The position numbers and the translations under genes are program-made. The notes under the pieces were generated by a model. That model ran no database searches and was not told the origin of the DNA. It saw only the letters and a program-made list of their open reading frames with translations. A DNA stretch of 64,000 nt from an uncultured delta proteobacterium (GTDB taxonomy: Bacteria > Myxococcota_A > Polyangia > Polyangiales > Polyangiaceae), in contig CAWDXG010000004.1 in the NCBI GenBank assembly GCA_963806225.1, positions 896,001 to 960,000 on the forward strand, read 5' to 3'. This document shows positions 38,274 through 47,094 of the stretch, piece after piece. Numbering within the stretch: the first letter of the stretch is position 1; each line of letters opens with the position of its first letter.

Positions 38274-39022
38274 TCGCGCGATTCGTACACGTTCATTGCG
38301 GGCAGCTCGAGCGCGGTGAGGTAGCCGCCGCTGCCGCAACCGGTGTCGAGCCCGTAGACATTCTCGCCCGCCCAGAGATCGGTCGGGTCCTCGGGCGTGT
38401 AGCCGCTGAGCTCGGGGGGCAGATAGGCGGTGCGGGTGTGGCCGAACACCACCGACTTTCCGCGGTAGTTCCGGAAGAAGTGCTCGTCGCGGCACCACAG
38501 GAGCGCGATCGGCGCCTTGACCTCCGAAGGATGCATGAAGCCATCCGGTCCGCTCGGTAGACCGGCGTGCACGTAGATGGCGTGATCGTCCTCGTACCAG
38601 TACGGAAGCGACCCCATCCAGTCGACGACCTCGTCGGGGAAGAATCCGCCGGTCTTCAGCATCATCTCCTCGTCGGGCTTCGGCAGCTCGCCCTCGGCCG
38701 GTACGCTGCCGCCGGTAAACGAGCGCAGCGCCGCCAGGCAGCCGTTGCCCGGAGGCATCACGAACTCGTCCCAACCCCGCTCGAGCACACGCAGCCAGGC
38801 GTCCTCGTGGTTGCCACGCAGCGCCACGACCTTTGCAGGCGTCTGCTGGGGCAAGCCGCGGATGTAGTCGATCACCTGCGCGGAGCAAGGACCGCGGTCC
38901 AGGTAGTCACCGACGAAGACCAGCGTGTCCCCGGAGTCGAGCGTGGGAAGGCAGGACAGAAGCTTGAAGAGATGCTCCGTCTCGCCGTGGATGTCGCCTA
39001 TTGAAAACGTCCGTCCGGCCAT
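38270..39022 (-). CDS. Metallophosphoesterase (PPP-family Ser/Thr phosphatase-like)
   Basis: 'IGDIHG', 'GDYLDRG', 'LRGNHE', 'VHAG', 'FGHT' and 'LDTG'. Confidence 0.93.
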   Translation of the reverse strand: MAGRTFSIGDIHGETEHLFKLLSCLPTLDSGDTLVFVGDYLDRGPCSAQVIDYIRGLPQQTPAKVVALRGNHEDAWLRVLERGWDEFVMPPGNGCLAALRSFTGGSVPAEGELPKPDEEMMLKTGGFFPDEVVDWMGSLPYWYEDDHAIYVHAGLPSGPDGFMHPSEVKAPIALLWCRDEHFFRNYRGKSVVFGHTRTAYLPPELSGYTPEDPTDLWAGENVYGLDTGCGSGGYLTALELPAMNVYESRD

Positions 39023-39162
39023 GGACCCGTCATCATGCCAGCATCCCGGGGCCGGCCGCTACGCCCCAATACCTTCCCGTCGCCCGGATTTGTTGCGTTG
39101 GCAGGGCGGAATCGCCGGACCGGGTTGCGCACCGCGGCGCACCGGACGAGCATCGGCGGGCT

Positions 39163-40713
39163 ATGGACACGATGCCTCCGCCCGAGAACCCGCTGCGCGC
39201 CGGCATGGCGAGCGAGCTGTCCGTCGACCCCTGCGTGCTGACCATTTTCGGCGCCAGCGGCGACCTGACCGGCCGCAAGCTCTTGCCCGGGCTGTACGCC
39301 CTCGCCGCCAACCGCTTGCTGCCCTCGGCGTTCGGTCTGCTCGGTTTCGCGCGCCGCCCGTGGAGCGACGACAAGTTCCGCGAGCTGATGCGCGAAGCGG
39401 TCGGCGAGCACTCGCGTGTAAAGCCGGTCGATGGTGCGGTGTGGGACGATCTGGCCAAGGGCATGGGCTACGTGCAGGGCTCGTTCGACGATCCGGAAGC
39501 GTACGTGAAGCTGCGCGAGCGGCTCGAGCGCTACGACGCCGAGCACGGCACAGCCGGCGGTCGCACCTTCTATCTGGCGGTTCCGCCGGGCGCGGCGCGC
39601 ACCATCGTCGAACAGCTGAAGAAGGCGGGCCTGGTCGATCCGCCCGTCGACGGCAAGCCGTACGCGCGGGTCGTGATCGAAAAACCCTTCGGCATCGATC
39701 TCGATTCCGCACGCGAGCTGAACCGCGATCTGCTCGGGTTGCTCGACGAGCGGCAGATCTTCCGCATCGATCACTACCTCGGCAAGGAAACAGTGCAGAA
39801 CCTGTTGGTTCTTCGCTTCGGCAACACCATCTTCGAGCCGCTCTGGAGCCGGAACCACGTCTCCCACGTCGAAATCACGGTCGCAGAGCACATCGGCATC
39901 GAGGGCCGCGGCAAGTTCTACGAACAGACCGGGCTGATGCGCGACATCGTGCAAAACCACGCCATGCAGCTGTTCTGCCTGGTCGCGATGGAAGCGCCGG
40001 TCGCCTGGGACGCCGACTCGGTGCGCGACGAGAAGGTCAAGGCGCTGCGCGCGCTCAGACCCATCCGCGGCGCCGAGGCCGTCCGGGAACGCACGGTGCG
40101 CGGGCAGTACGGCGCGGGCACCGTGCGTGGCGACGCCGTCAGCGCCTATCGCAAGGAGCCCGACGTCGACCCCGAGTCGATGACGGAAACGTTCGTGGCG
40201 CTGCAGATGGAGGCGGACAACTGGCGCTGGGCGGGCGTGCCGTTCTATCTGCGCGCCGGAAAGCGGCTTTCCAAGCGCGTGACCGAGATCGCCCTGCACT
40301 TCAAGGCGCTGCCGCACCCGCTCTTTTCCGGCGCGCCGGGCGCGATGAACCAGCCGAACGCGCTCATCTTGCGCATCCAGCCCGACGAGGGCATCGCGCT
40401 CCGCTTCGCGACCAAGATCCCGGGGCAGAGCATTGCCATGCGCGAGGTCGCGATGGACTTCCGCTACGGCACGGCCTTCGGCCACGCCACGCCGGAAGCC
40501 TACGAGCGCCTCCTGCTCGACACCATGCGCGGCGACGCCACGCTGTTCACGCGCCACGACGAGGTCGAGGCGCAGTGGGCCTTCGTCGACCCCATCATGC
40601 AACAGTGGAAGAAGGGCGACGTACCGCTCGCCAGCTACGATTCGGGTAGCTGGGGTCCCGACGAGGCCCACGCCCTGATCGCCCGTCTGGGCCACGACTG
40701 GAGCCGGCCCTGA
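39163..40713 (+). CDS. zwf: Glucose-6-phosphate 1-dehydrogenase
   Basis: 'IFGASGDL', 'IEKPFG', 'RIDHYLGKE', 'RDIVQNH' and 'WRWAGVPFYLRAGK'. Confidence 0.97.
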   Translation: MDTMPPPENPLRAGMASELSVDPCVLTIFGASGDLTGRKLLPGLYALAANRLLPSAFGLLGFARRPWSDDKFRELMREAVGEHSRVKPVDGAVWDDLAKGMGYVQGSFDDPEAYVKLRERLERYDAEHGTAGGRTFYLAVPPGAARTIVEQLKKAGLVDPPVDGKPYARVVIEKPFGIDLDSARELNRDLLGLLDERQIFRIDHYLGKETVQNLLVLRFGNTIFEPLWSRNHVSHVEITVAEHIGIEGRGKFYEQTGLMRDIVQNHAMQLFCLVAMEAPVAWDADSVRDEKVKALRALRPIRGAEAVRERTVRGQYGAGTVRGDAVSAYRKEPDVDPESMTETFVALQMEADNWRWAGVPFYLRAGKRLSKRVTEIALHFKALPHPLFSGAPGAMNQPNALILRIQPDEGIALRFATKIPGQSIAMREVAMDFRYGTAFGHATPEAYERLLLDTMRGDATLFTRHDEVEAQWAFVDPIMQQWKKGDVPLASYDSGSWGPDEAHALIARLGHDWSRP

Positions 40714-41765
40714 TGACACCAGGGCACAGCGGAAAGGTCAGCGAGTCGCTGTCGCAGATCGAGCGAGCGATTTCAGAGCTCTGGGAACCCGATGACAGCG
40801 GTCGCGCCAAGGCGCGCGCCCACACGCTCAATCTGGTGGCGCTGAGCGGCGGCTCGGCGCAATTTCTCGAAGTCGTCGACCATATCGGCTCGACGCTGGC
40901 CGCGCGCACCTTCCTCGTCGAGGTCGATCCGCGAGCGGAGCCCTGGGCGCTCGACGGCGAGGTGGGCGCGGTGTGCCGCTACGAGGCTGGGCAGAAGGGC
41001 GAGGAAGTCTGCGCCGAGCGCATCGAGCTCAAGTTCGGCGCCATGGTCGCAAAGCGCGCCCGCTCGATCATCGAATCGCTCAGCGAGTCGCGCCTGCCGG
41101 GCGTGCTGCTGCTCGGACCCGGTGCGCACGGGGCGGCCGTCGATGCGCTTTCGCCGGGCTGCACGCGGGTCGTCCTCGACAGCGCGAATCACGGCGTGTC
41201 GCGCTCCCAGCGCATTGCAGAGCTCTCGCCGGGGCACATCGAGGATCTCGCTTTTTCGCGCGGCCGGCGCTGGCGCGAGATGATCGCGCGCTTCTTCGAC
41301 GACCCCGCGCTCACACCGGCCGCGAAGGACGTGCGCTCGCTGCGCATCGAGCACGTCGCTTGCGCTCGCGAGGAGGGCATGGGCGCCGAGGCGGAGCTCC
41401 TACTCGGCTGGCTGGGCGGTCGCCTCGGCTGGCAGGCCAAACCGGGCGCCGTGACGCACGACCAGCACCGCGTGCAGGTCGCGCTCCATCAACGCGAGCG
41501 GAGCGACAAGCCGCTCGGCTGGATCGAGTCGGTGGCGCTCTCGGCCCGGCTCGGCGACGGCGAGATTGTCGGCCGGGTCTCGCGCGACTCCGACGGCCAG
41601 CACCTGTCGTGGTCGCTCCAGACACCCGACGGCAACAAGCACGAGCGCCGCTTCGCCATCCCCCACCGCAGCGAATCCGAGCTGGTCCTGCGCGCCGTCA
41701 CCAGCGCGGAGGGCAGCGAGCTCACGCGCGAAGCGCTCCGCTTCGCCGCGGCGTGGCGGGGCTAG
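40713..41765 (+). CDS. opcA: G6PD assembly protein OpcA-like
   Basis: Directly follows zwf; 'AHTLNLV', 'CAERIEL', 'VVLDS', 'DLAFSR.RRWREMIARFFD' and 'LLGWLGGRLGW'. Confidence 0.8.
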   Translation: MTPGHSGKVSESLSQIERAISELWEPDDSGRAKARAHTLNLVALSGGSAQFLEVVDHIGSTLAARTFLVEVDPRAEPWALDGEVGAVCRYEAGQKGEEVCAERIELKFGAMVAKRARSIIESLSESRLPGVLLLGPGAHGAAVDALSPGCTRVVLDSANHGVSRSQRIAELSPGHIEDLAFSRGRRWREMIARFFDDPALTPAAKDVRSLRIEHVACAREEGMGAEAELLLGWLGGRLGWQAKPGAVTHDQHRVQVALHQRERSDKPLGWIESVALSARLGDGEIVGRVSRDSDGQHLSWSLQTPDGNKHERRFAIPHRSESELVLRAVTSAEGSELTREALRFAAAWRG

Positions 41766-41840
41766 TCCGCACGTTCCCGCCCGTTCGGTACGGCGCGATG
41801 CCGCGCATCACGTGGGCCTGTTCAAGCCCCCCAGGCGCTT

Positions 41841-42494
41841 CTAGAGCTTCATCTCCTTCAGCTCCGCCGCTTCCTTCAGCGGCGCTTCCGTCTTCGCCTT
41901 GACGTCGGCGGCGCTGACGCCGGGCGCGAGCTCTTTCAGCACGAGCCCGCCGCCTTCCACGTCCATCACGGCGTGATCGGTGATGATGCGGTGCACGACG
42001 CCCTTGCCGGTGAGCGGCAGCGAGCACTGGTTCAGGATCTTGGGCGCGCCCTTCTTGGAGACGTGATCCATGATCACGACCACGCGCTTGGCGCCGTGGA
42101 CCAGGTCCATCGCGCCGCCCATGCCCTTGACCATCTTGCCGGGGATCATCCAGTTGGCCAGATCGCCGTTCGCCGCCACTTCCATGGCGCCCAGGATGGC
42201 CAGGTCGATGTGCCCGCCGCGGATCATCGAGAACGACATCGCGCTGTCGAAGATGGCGGAGCCGGGCAGCATCGTCACCGTCTCCTTGCCAGCGTTGATA
42301 AGGTCGGCGTCTTCTTTCCCTTCCAGCGGGTACGGGCCGATGCCGAGCAGGCCGTTCTCGCTCTGCAGCATCACCTCCACGCCTTCGGGGATGTAGTTGG
42401 CGACGAGCGTCGGCATGCCGATGCCGAGGTTGACGTAGTAGCCGTCACGGAGCTCCTGTGCCGCGCGCTGGGCAATCTGTTCTCTGGTCAGCAT
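41841..42494 (-). CDS. scoB: 3-oxoacid CoA-transferase subunit B
   Basis: 'VNLGIGMPT', 'LQSENG', 'IRGGHID' and 'GMGGAMDL'. Confidence 0.95.
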   Translation of the reverse strand: MLTREQIAQRAAQELRDGYYVNLGIGMPTLVANYIPEGVEVMLQSENGLLGIGPYPLEGKEDADLINAGKETVTMLPGSAIFDSAMSFSMIRGGHIDLAILGAMEVAANGDLANWMIPGKMVKGMGGAMDLVHGAKRVVVIMDHVSKKGAPKILNQCSLPLTGKGVVHRIITDHAVMDVEGGGLVLKELAPGVSAADVKAKTEAPLKEAAELKEMKL

Positions 42495-42537
42495 CTCAAG
42501 ATTCCTCCATGTCCCACCCGCCCACCCCCGCCGTAAT

Positions 42538-42612
42538 CCTCCCGGAGGGCTCCGCCCCCCGAGCCCCCCTCACGCGACTCGCTTCGCTCATCGCGGGCTC
42601 GCTTCGCTCGCG
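42538..42612. repeat. Short palindromic intergenic element (REP/MITE-like) between scoA and scoB
   Basis: Hairpin gggctc-N8-gagccc at 42547-42566 and a direct repeat ctcgcttcgctc at 42578 and 42598. Confidence 0.5.
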
Positions 42613-43301
42613 GGTTTCCTCACCGTGCGCCGCTCGATGCGCTTCTCGTGCTTTCCGGCCACCACGCGCTGCACGTAGATGCCCGGCAGGTGGATCTCGT
42701 CGGGGTCGAGCTGTCCGACCTCGACCACTTCCTCCACCTCGGCGATGGTCATCCGACCCGCCATCGCGCATAGCGGGTTGAAGTTCCGCGCGGTGCGCCG
42801 GAACTTCAGGTTGCCGTAGCGGTCGCCCTTCCACGCCTTGACGATCGCGAAGTCGCCGGTGATGCCGCGTTCCATCACGTACTTCCGGCCGTCGAACTCG
42901 CGCGTCTCCTTGCCCTCGGCCACCTTCGTGCCGTAGCCCGCCGGCGTGTAGAAGGCCGGGATGCCCGCGCCGCCCGCGCGCAGCCGCTCGGCCAGCGTGC
43001 CCTGCGGACACAGCTCCACTTCGAGCTCGTTCGACAGGAACTGCCGCTCGAACTCCTTGTTCTCGCCGACGTAGCTCGAGACCATCTTCTTGATCTGTTT
43101 CGGCCCGAGCAGGAGCCCCAGACCGAAATCGTCGACGCCACAGTTGTTCGAGACGACGACGAGATCCTTCACGCCCTTGTCGCGGAGTGCTGCGATGCAG
43201 AGCTCGGGAATACCGCACAGCCCGAAGCCACCGGCCAGGATCGTCGCCCCGTCCGGAATGTCTGCCACCGCGGCGGCCGCATCGCGTACCACCTTGTCCA
43301 T
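42588..43301 (-). CDS. scoA: 3-oxoacid CoA-transferase subunit A
   Basis: 'GGFGLCGIP', 'SNNCG', 'SSYVGEN', '[21 protein letters not shown]' and 'ARNFNP'. Confidence 0.95.
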   Translation of the reverse strand: MDKVVRDAAAAVADIPDGATILAGGFGLCGIPELCIAALRDKGVKDLVVVSNNCGVDDFGLGLLLGPKQIKKMVSSYVGENKEFERQFLSNELEVELCPQGTLAERLRAGGAGIPAFYTPAGYGTKVAEGKETREFDGRKYVMERGITGDFAIVKAWKGDRYGNLKFRRTARNFNPLCAMAGRMTIAEVEEVVEVGQLDPDEIHLPGIYVQRVVAGKHEKRIERRTVRKPASEASPR

Positions 43302-43410
43302 GGCGACAAGGCGTAACACCGCCGCGAGCCGGGCTGCAACCACGGCGTAGGACCGCTCTGGATGCTGGGGAAGCCGCGCATCTTCCCGCTGATCGGCGTC
43401 AGCTGCCGCA

Positions 43411-43434
43411 CCCCCGTCCCTTGGCGGACGGGGG
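43411..43434. terminator. GC-rich hairpin downstream of the 43459 gene
   Basis: cccccgtcc-cttggc-ggacggggg, a 9-bp stem with no clear U-tract. Confidence 0.35.
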
Positions 43435-43458
43435 GGCAGATGCGGGTCACTCGCGGGC

Positions 43459-44289
43459 CTATGGACCTGTGCGAGTGGGCCTGCGCGACGCGATGCCCAC
43501 TCCCAGAGCCGTGATGAGCAGAACGACCAGCGGCATGAAGACGTTCTCGTAGTAGTCGCTGACCGGGAACCGCTCGAACACGGGTGCCCCCGCCTTCTGG
43601 ACGAGGCCGCGAGCCTGGCTCGCCTTGTCGACAAGCTCGGGCAGGGAGATCGAATCGTTGGGGTGCGCGATGTGGCTCGGCGCCTGCCACAGGCCACCGC
43701 CGCGGGCGAACCACCGGCGGCACTCCTGCTCCGCCTGCGCGCGCTGTCCCGCGTTGTCCTGCCTCGACAGGCAAAACCCCCAGGCAGGCACGGGGGATGC
43801 CCCTTTCCAGCTGGCGGGGGCGAGCGGCGCAACCACTGGGAAATCGTCCACGTAGTGGCCGCTGCTGATACGCACCTTGGTGGGGACGCCCACGTAGAGC
43901 TGGCTGGTCCGGGCCAGCTCTTGCAGGTGGAACACGCCGTCCTCCTGCCGCGCCGAGGCGAGCCCCAGCGAGGGCACGCGTCCCGTCACGGCGCGTAGCG
44001 CAGGGGCGAACATGAACGCCACCATGGCCGCGAACATGGTGCCGACCAGGGCGGCCACCCACAAGTCACGGCGCCCGAGCTGGCGCACCCAGAGCGCCGA
44101 GAACGCGACAGCCACGACTGCGGCGGCGGCGAGACCAGCATACGCCGAACCCATGAGCGCGCCGCCCGCTCCGAAGAGCGCCGGCAGCACGCATGCACCC
44201 AGCCCGACCCCCACCGAATCCGGCGAACCCAGGCGCACTTCTGCCGTCGATTGCGTCGTCCACGCCGCTCTCGCTCCCGCGAGCAGCAT
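43459..44289 (-). CDS. Hypothetical membrane protein (start uncertain)
   Basis: Three N-terminal and one C-terminal hydrophobic segments with coding-like codon use. Confidence 0.55.
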   Translation of the reverse strand: MLLAGARAAWTTQSTAEVRLGSPDSVGVGLGACVLPALFGAGGALMGSAYAGLAAAAVVAVAFSALWVRQLGRRDLWVAALVGTMFAAMVAFMFAPALRAVTGRVPSLGLASARQEDGVFHLQELARTSQLYVGVPTKVRISSGHYVDDFPVVAPLAPASWKGASPVPAWGFCLSRQDNAGQRAQAEQECRRWFARGGGLWQAPSHIAHPNDSISLPELVDKASQARGLVQKAGAPVFERFPVSDYYENVFMPLVVLLITALGVGIASRRPTRTGP

Positions 44290-44335
44290 GGCATAGCGGG
44301 TCGAGGCCGACCAAACGACGTCGCTCTGCAGAACC

Positions 44336-45454
44336 TCAGCGGAACCCGAGCGCCCGCCGCTGCGCGGGCAGGCGGCGCGTGTCGCCACGGCGCCAGAGCA
44401 TGCCGTCGAGGACGTAGTGGGTTGCCTGCGGCAGGGCGAGCAGCGGGACGAGCAGCGCGAGCACGAGGCCGCGGAGCTGGATGCCCGAGCCGAACAGCCA
44501 GGCGCGGTCGTGCCAGACGAGTTTGTCCCAGGCCATCTCCTCGGCGAACGCGCAGAGCAACAAGACGCCCAGGAACGCCGCCACGCCGCCCGCCACGATC
44601 TGCGAGCCGAGCGAGCCGGGCGCGTCCTTCTTCCGCTCCTTCGCGTAGAACCAGCAGAGCGCGAAGTACGGCACGCCGTGCACGATCACGTTCGTCACGG
44701 TGAAATCGAAATCGCTGTTGGTGCCGACGATGCCCACGTACCAGATCGCCGCTGTGGTCGCGACGACCAGGCTCTTGCCGAGCTGCAATGTGCCCGTTCG
44801 AGCCCAGAGCACGATCTGCCGCACCGCGAACGCCGCGAGCGCGACGACCCAGATCACCTTCACGATCGGCAAGATCGCCGCCGCGTAGCCCGACACGTTC
44901 ACGAAGTCGCCCTGCACGAACCACGCGAAGCGCGAGCTCGAAAGGTGCGCGTGCCAGTACACCACCGGATACAGCGTGCTCGCGTACATCGCCGCGTCGT
45001 CGATCACCCGGTCGAGCGCGCCGCGCCTTCCGGAGCGCGCGCGGTACACCGCCACCCAGCCCACCTGCTGCCTGACGAAATGGAACAGCGCGATGTACGC
45101 CAAGACGCGCCAGAACATCAGCGAGCCCTGCGTGTACACCACCACGCCCGCCACGTAGCAGAGCAGCGGAATGCCGAAGTAGCGCAGCCGGTGCGCGCTG
45201 AGCTCCTCGCCATCGAGGTACGTCCGGTACAGCGTCGACCACACGTGCGCCACGTCGACCGAAAGCACGAACGCCACCCAGCCCCACTCCGGCAGCGCCT
45301 TTTCGCTCAGCCCCGTCGCGTGCCCCACGACAACGAGCGAAAGCGCCAGCGCCGCGCTCCCCACGAACAGCGCGATGTCCGTGCGCGCACCCCACAGCCA
45401 CGGTCCCAGCGCCGGGCTCGCTTCGGCAAACTGCGCGGGCGCCGCGGTCGTCAT
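44336..45454 (-). CDS. Multi-TM membrane protein with conserved His motifs (possible membrane metalloenzyme)
   Basis: Many TM helices; 'DVAHVWSTLYRTYLD', 'FHFVRQQVG', 'VHGVPYF' and 'THYVLDG.LW'. Confidence 0.75.
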   Translation of the reverse strand: MTTAAPAQFAEASPALGPWLWGARTDIALFVGSAALALSLVVVGHATGLSEKALPEWGWVAFVLSVDVAHVWSTLYRTYLDGEELSAHRLRYFGIPLLCYVAGVVVYTQGSLMFWRVLAYIALFHFVRQQVGWVAVYRARSGRRGALDRVIDDAAMYASTLYPVVYWHAHLSSSRFAWFVQGDFVNVSGYAAAILPIVKVIWVVALAAFAVRQIVLWARTGTLQLGKSLVVATTAAIWYVGIVGTNSDFDFTVTNVIVHGVPYFALCWFYAKERKKDAPGSLGSQIVAGGVAAFLGVLLLCAFAEEMAWDKLVWHDRAWLFGSGIQLRGLVLALLVPLLALPQATHYVLDGMLWRRGDTRRLPAQRRALGFR

Positions 45455-45788
45455 CGCGTCGAGGCTACAACACCGCGCACGGAGCGACAGCGACGCGGGC
45501 GCGCGGCTCTCTTTCGCCGGGGGTTGCCCCCCGACCTGTACGGCATGGGACGGCGCGGCGCGCTCGCGCGCGCCGCGGGCCCGCCAAGCCCGGGCGCCCG
45601 CGCCCGGCCGGGGCTCCCCGTCCCTCGCCGCCGCGCCGGAGAGCGGATTTCGCGGCGCCCCACGCGCGTCGACCGCCGCTCGCGCCGCGATCACGCTGCA
45701 ACCAGCCTGGCGGGTGCCCCTCCCTGCAGCACGCGTAGCGGGTGCCTGTCCGACACCGGATCCAGGGCCCGGCAGGCGTGTTGGCCGC

Positions 45789-45905
45789 CGGTGGGGCGGT
45801 TTCGGCGGTTCCCCCTGAGCGCGCGCAGGCGCGGTGGGGCGGTTTCGGCGGTTCCCCCTGAGCGCGCGCAGGCGCGGAGCGCCGAGCACGCGATTTGGGG
45901 GAACC
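45789..45905. repeat. 43-bp tandem duplication plus 9-bp inverted repeat
   Basis: The unit cggtggggcggtttcggcggttccccctgagcgcgcgcaggcg is at 45789 and 45832. ggttccccc (45850) pairs with gggggaacc (45897). Confidence 0.8.
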
Positions 45906-45958
45906 CCGCGAAGCGGGCGCGAGAGCGATGTGTGGCGCGAGGGGGCATCCCGTGAGCA

Positions 45959-47094
45959 CTGCAGCGCGCCTCACGCGCATTTCCGCGCTCCGGGACGCCT
46001 GACAGTACGGAACTGCGCGCCTCACGTGCATTTTCCGGCGCTGGGGCGCCCCACGACCACGAAATGCGCGCCTCACGTGCATTTTCCGGCGCTGGGGCGC
46101 CCCACGACCACGAAATGCGCGCCTCACGTGCATTTTCCGGCGCTGGGGCGGCCCCACGACCACGAAATGCGCGCCTCACGTGCATTTTCCGGCGCTGGGG
46201 CGCCCCACGACCACGAAATGCGCGCCTCACGTGCATTTTCCGGCGCTGGGACGCCTGACAGCGACGAAATGCGCGCCTCACGTGCATTTTCCGGCGCTGG
46301 GACTGCGCTGCGACAGACGGCGACGAAATGCGCGCCTCACGTGCATTTTCCGGCGCTGGGGCGCCCACGACCACGAAATGCGCGCCTCACGTGCATTTTC
46401 CGGCGCTGGGACGCCCCACGACCACGAAATGCGCGCCTCACGTGCATTTTCCGGCGCTGGGACGCCCCACGACCACGAAATGCGCGCCTCACGTGCATTT
46501 TCCGGCGCTGGACGCCCCACGACCACGAAATGCGCGCCTCACGTGCATTTTCCGGCGCTGGGGCGTCCCCACGACCACGAAATGCGCGCCTCACGTGCAT
46601 TTTCCGGCGCTGGGCGCCCACGCACGAAATGCGCGCCTCACGTGCATTTTCCGGCGCTGGGACGCCTGACAGCGACGAAATGCGCGCCTCACGTGCATTT
46701 TCCGGCGCTGGGACGCCTGACAGCGACGAAATGCGCGCCTCACGTGCATTTTCCGGCGCTGGGACGCCTGACAGCGACGAAATGCGCGCCTCACGTGCAT
46801 TTTCCGGCGCTGGGACGCCTGACAGCGACGAAATGCGCGCCTCACGTGCATTTTCCGGCGCTGGGGCGCCCCACGACCACGAAATGCGCGCCTCACGTGC
46901 ATTTTCCGGCGCTGGGACGCCCCACGACCACGAAATGCGCGCCTCACGTGCATTTTCCGGCGCTGGGGCGCCCCACGACCACGAAATGCGCGCCTCACGT
47001 GCATTTTCCGGCGCTGGGACGCCCCACGACCACGAAATGCGCGCCTCACGTGCATTTTCCGGCGCTGGGACGCCCCACGACCACGAAATGCGCG
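45959..47094. repeat. Tandem array of ~51-bp units: 36-bp conserved core plus a ~15-bp linker of two types
   Basis: Core gaaatgcgcgcctcacgtgcattttccggcgctggg in 21 full copies (starts 46010-47034), one degenerate copy near 45960 and a partial copy at 47085. Linkers are (g/a)cgccccacgaccac or acgcctgacagcgac. Confidence 0.97.

Noticed and set aside
37341..39022. Restriction-modification or defence system (methyltransferase + phosphoesterase)
   Set aside because: The genes are convergent, there is no nuclease or helicase partner, and there is no compositional or mobility signal of an island.
45959..47094. CRISPR array (36-bp palindromic repeat plus spacers)
   Set aside because: Spacers are only ~15 bp and are two re-used sequences rather than unique; no cas genes or AT-rich leader in the window.
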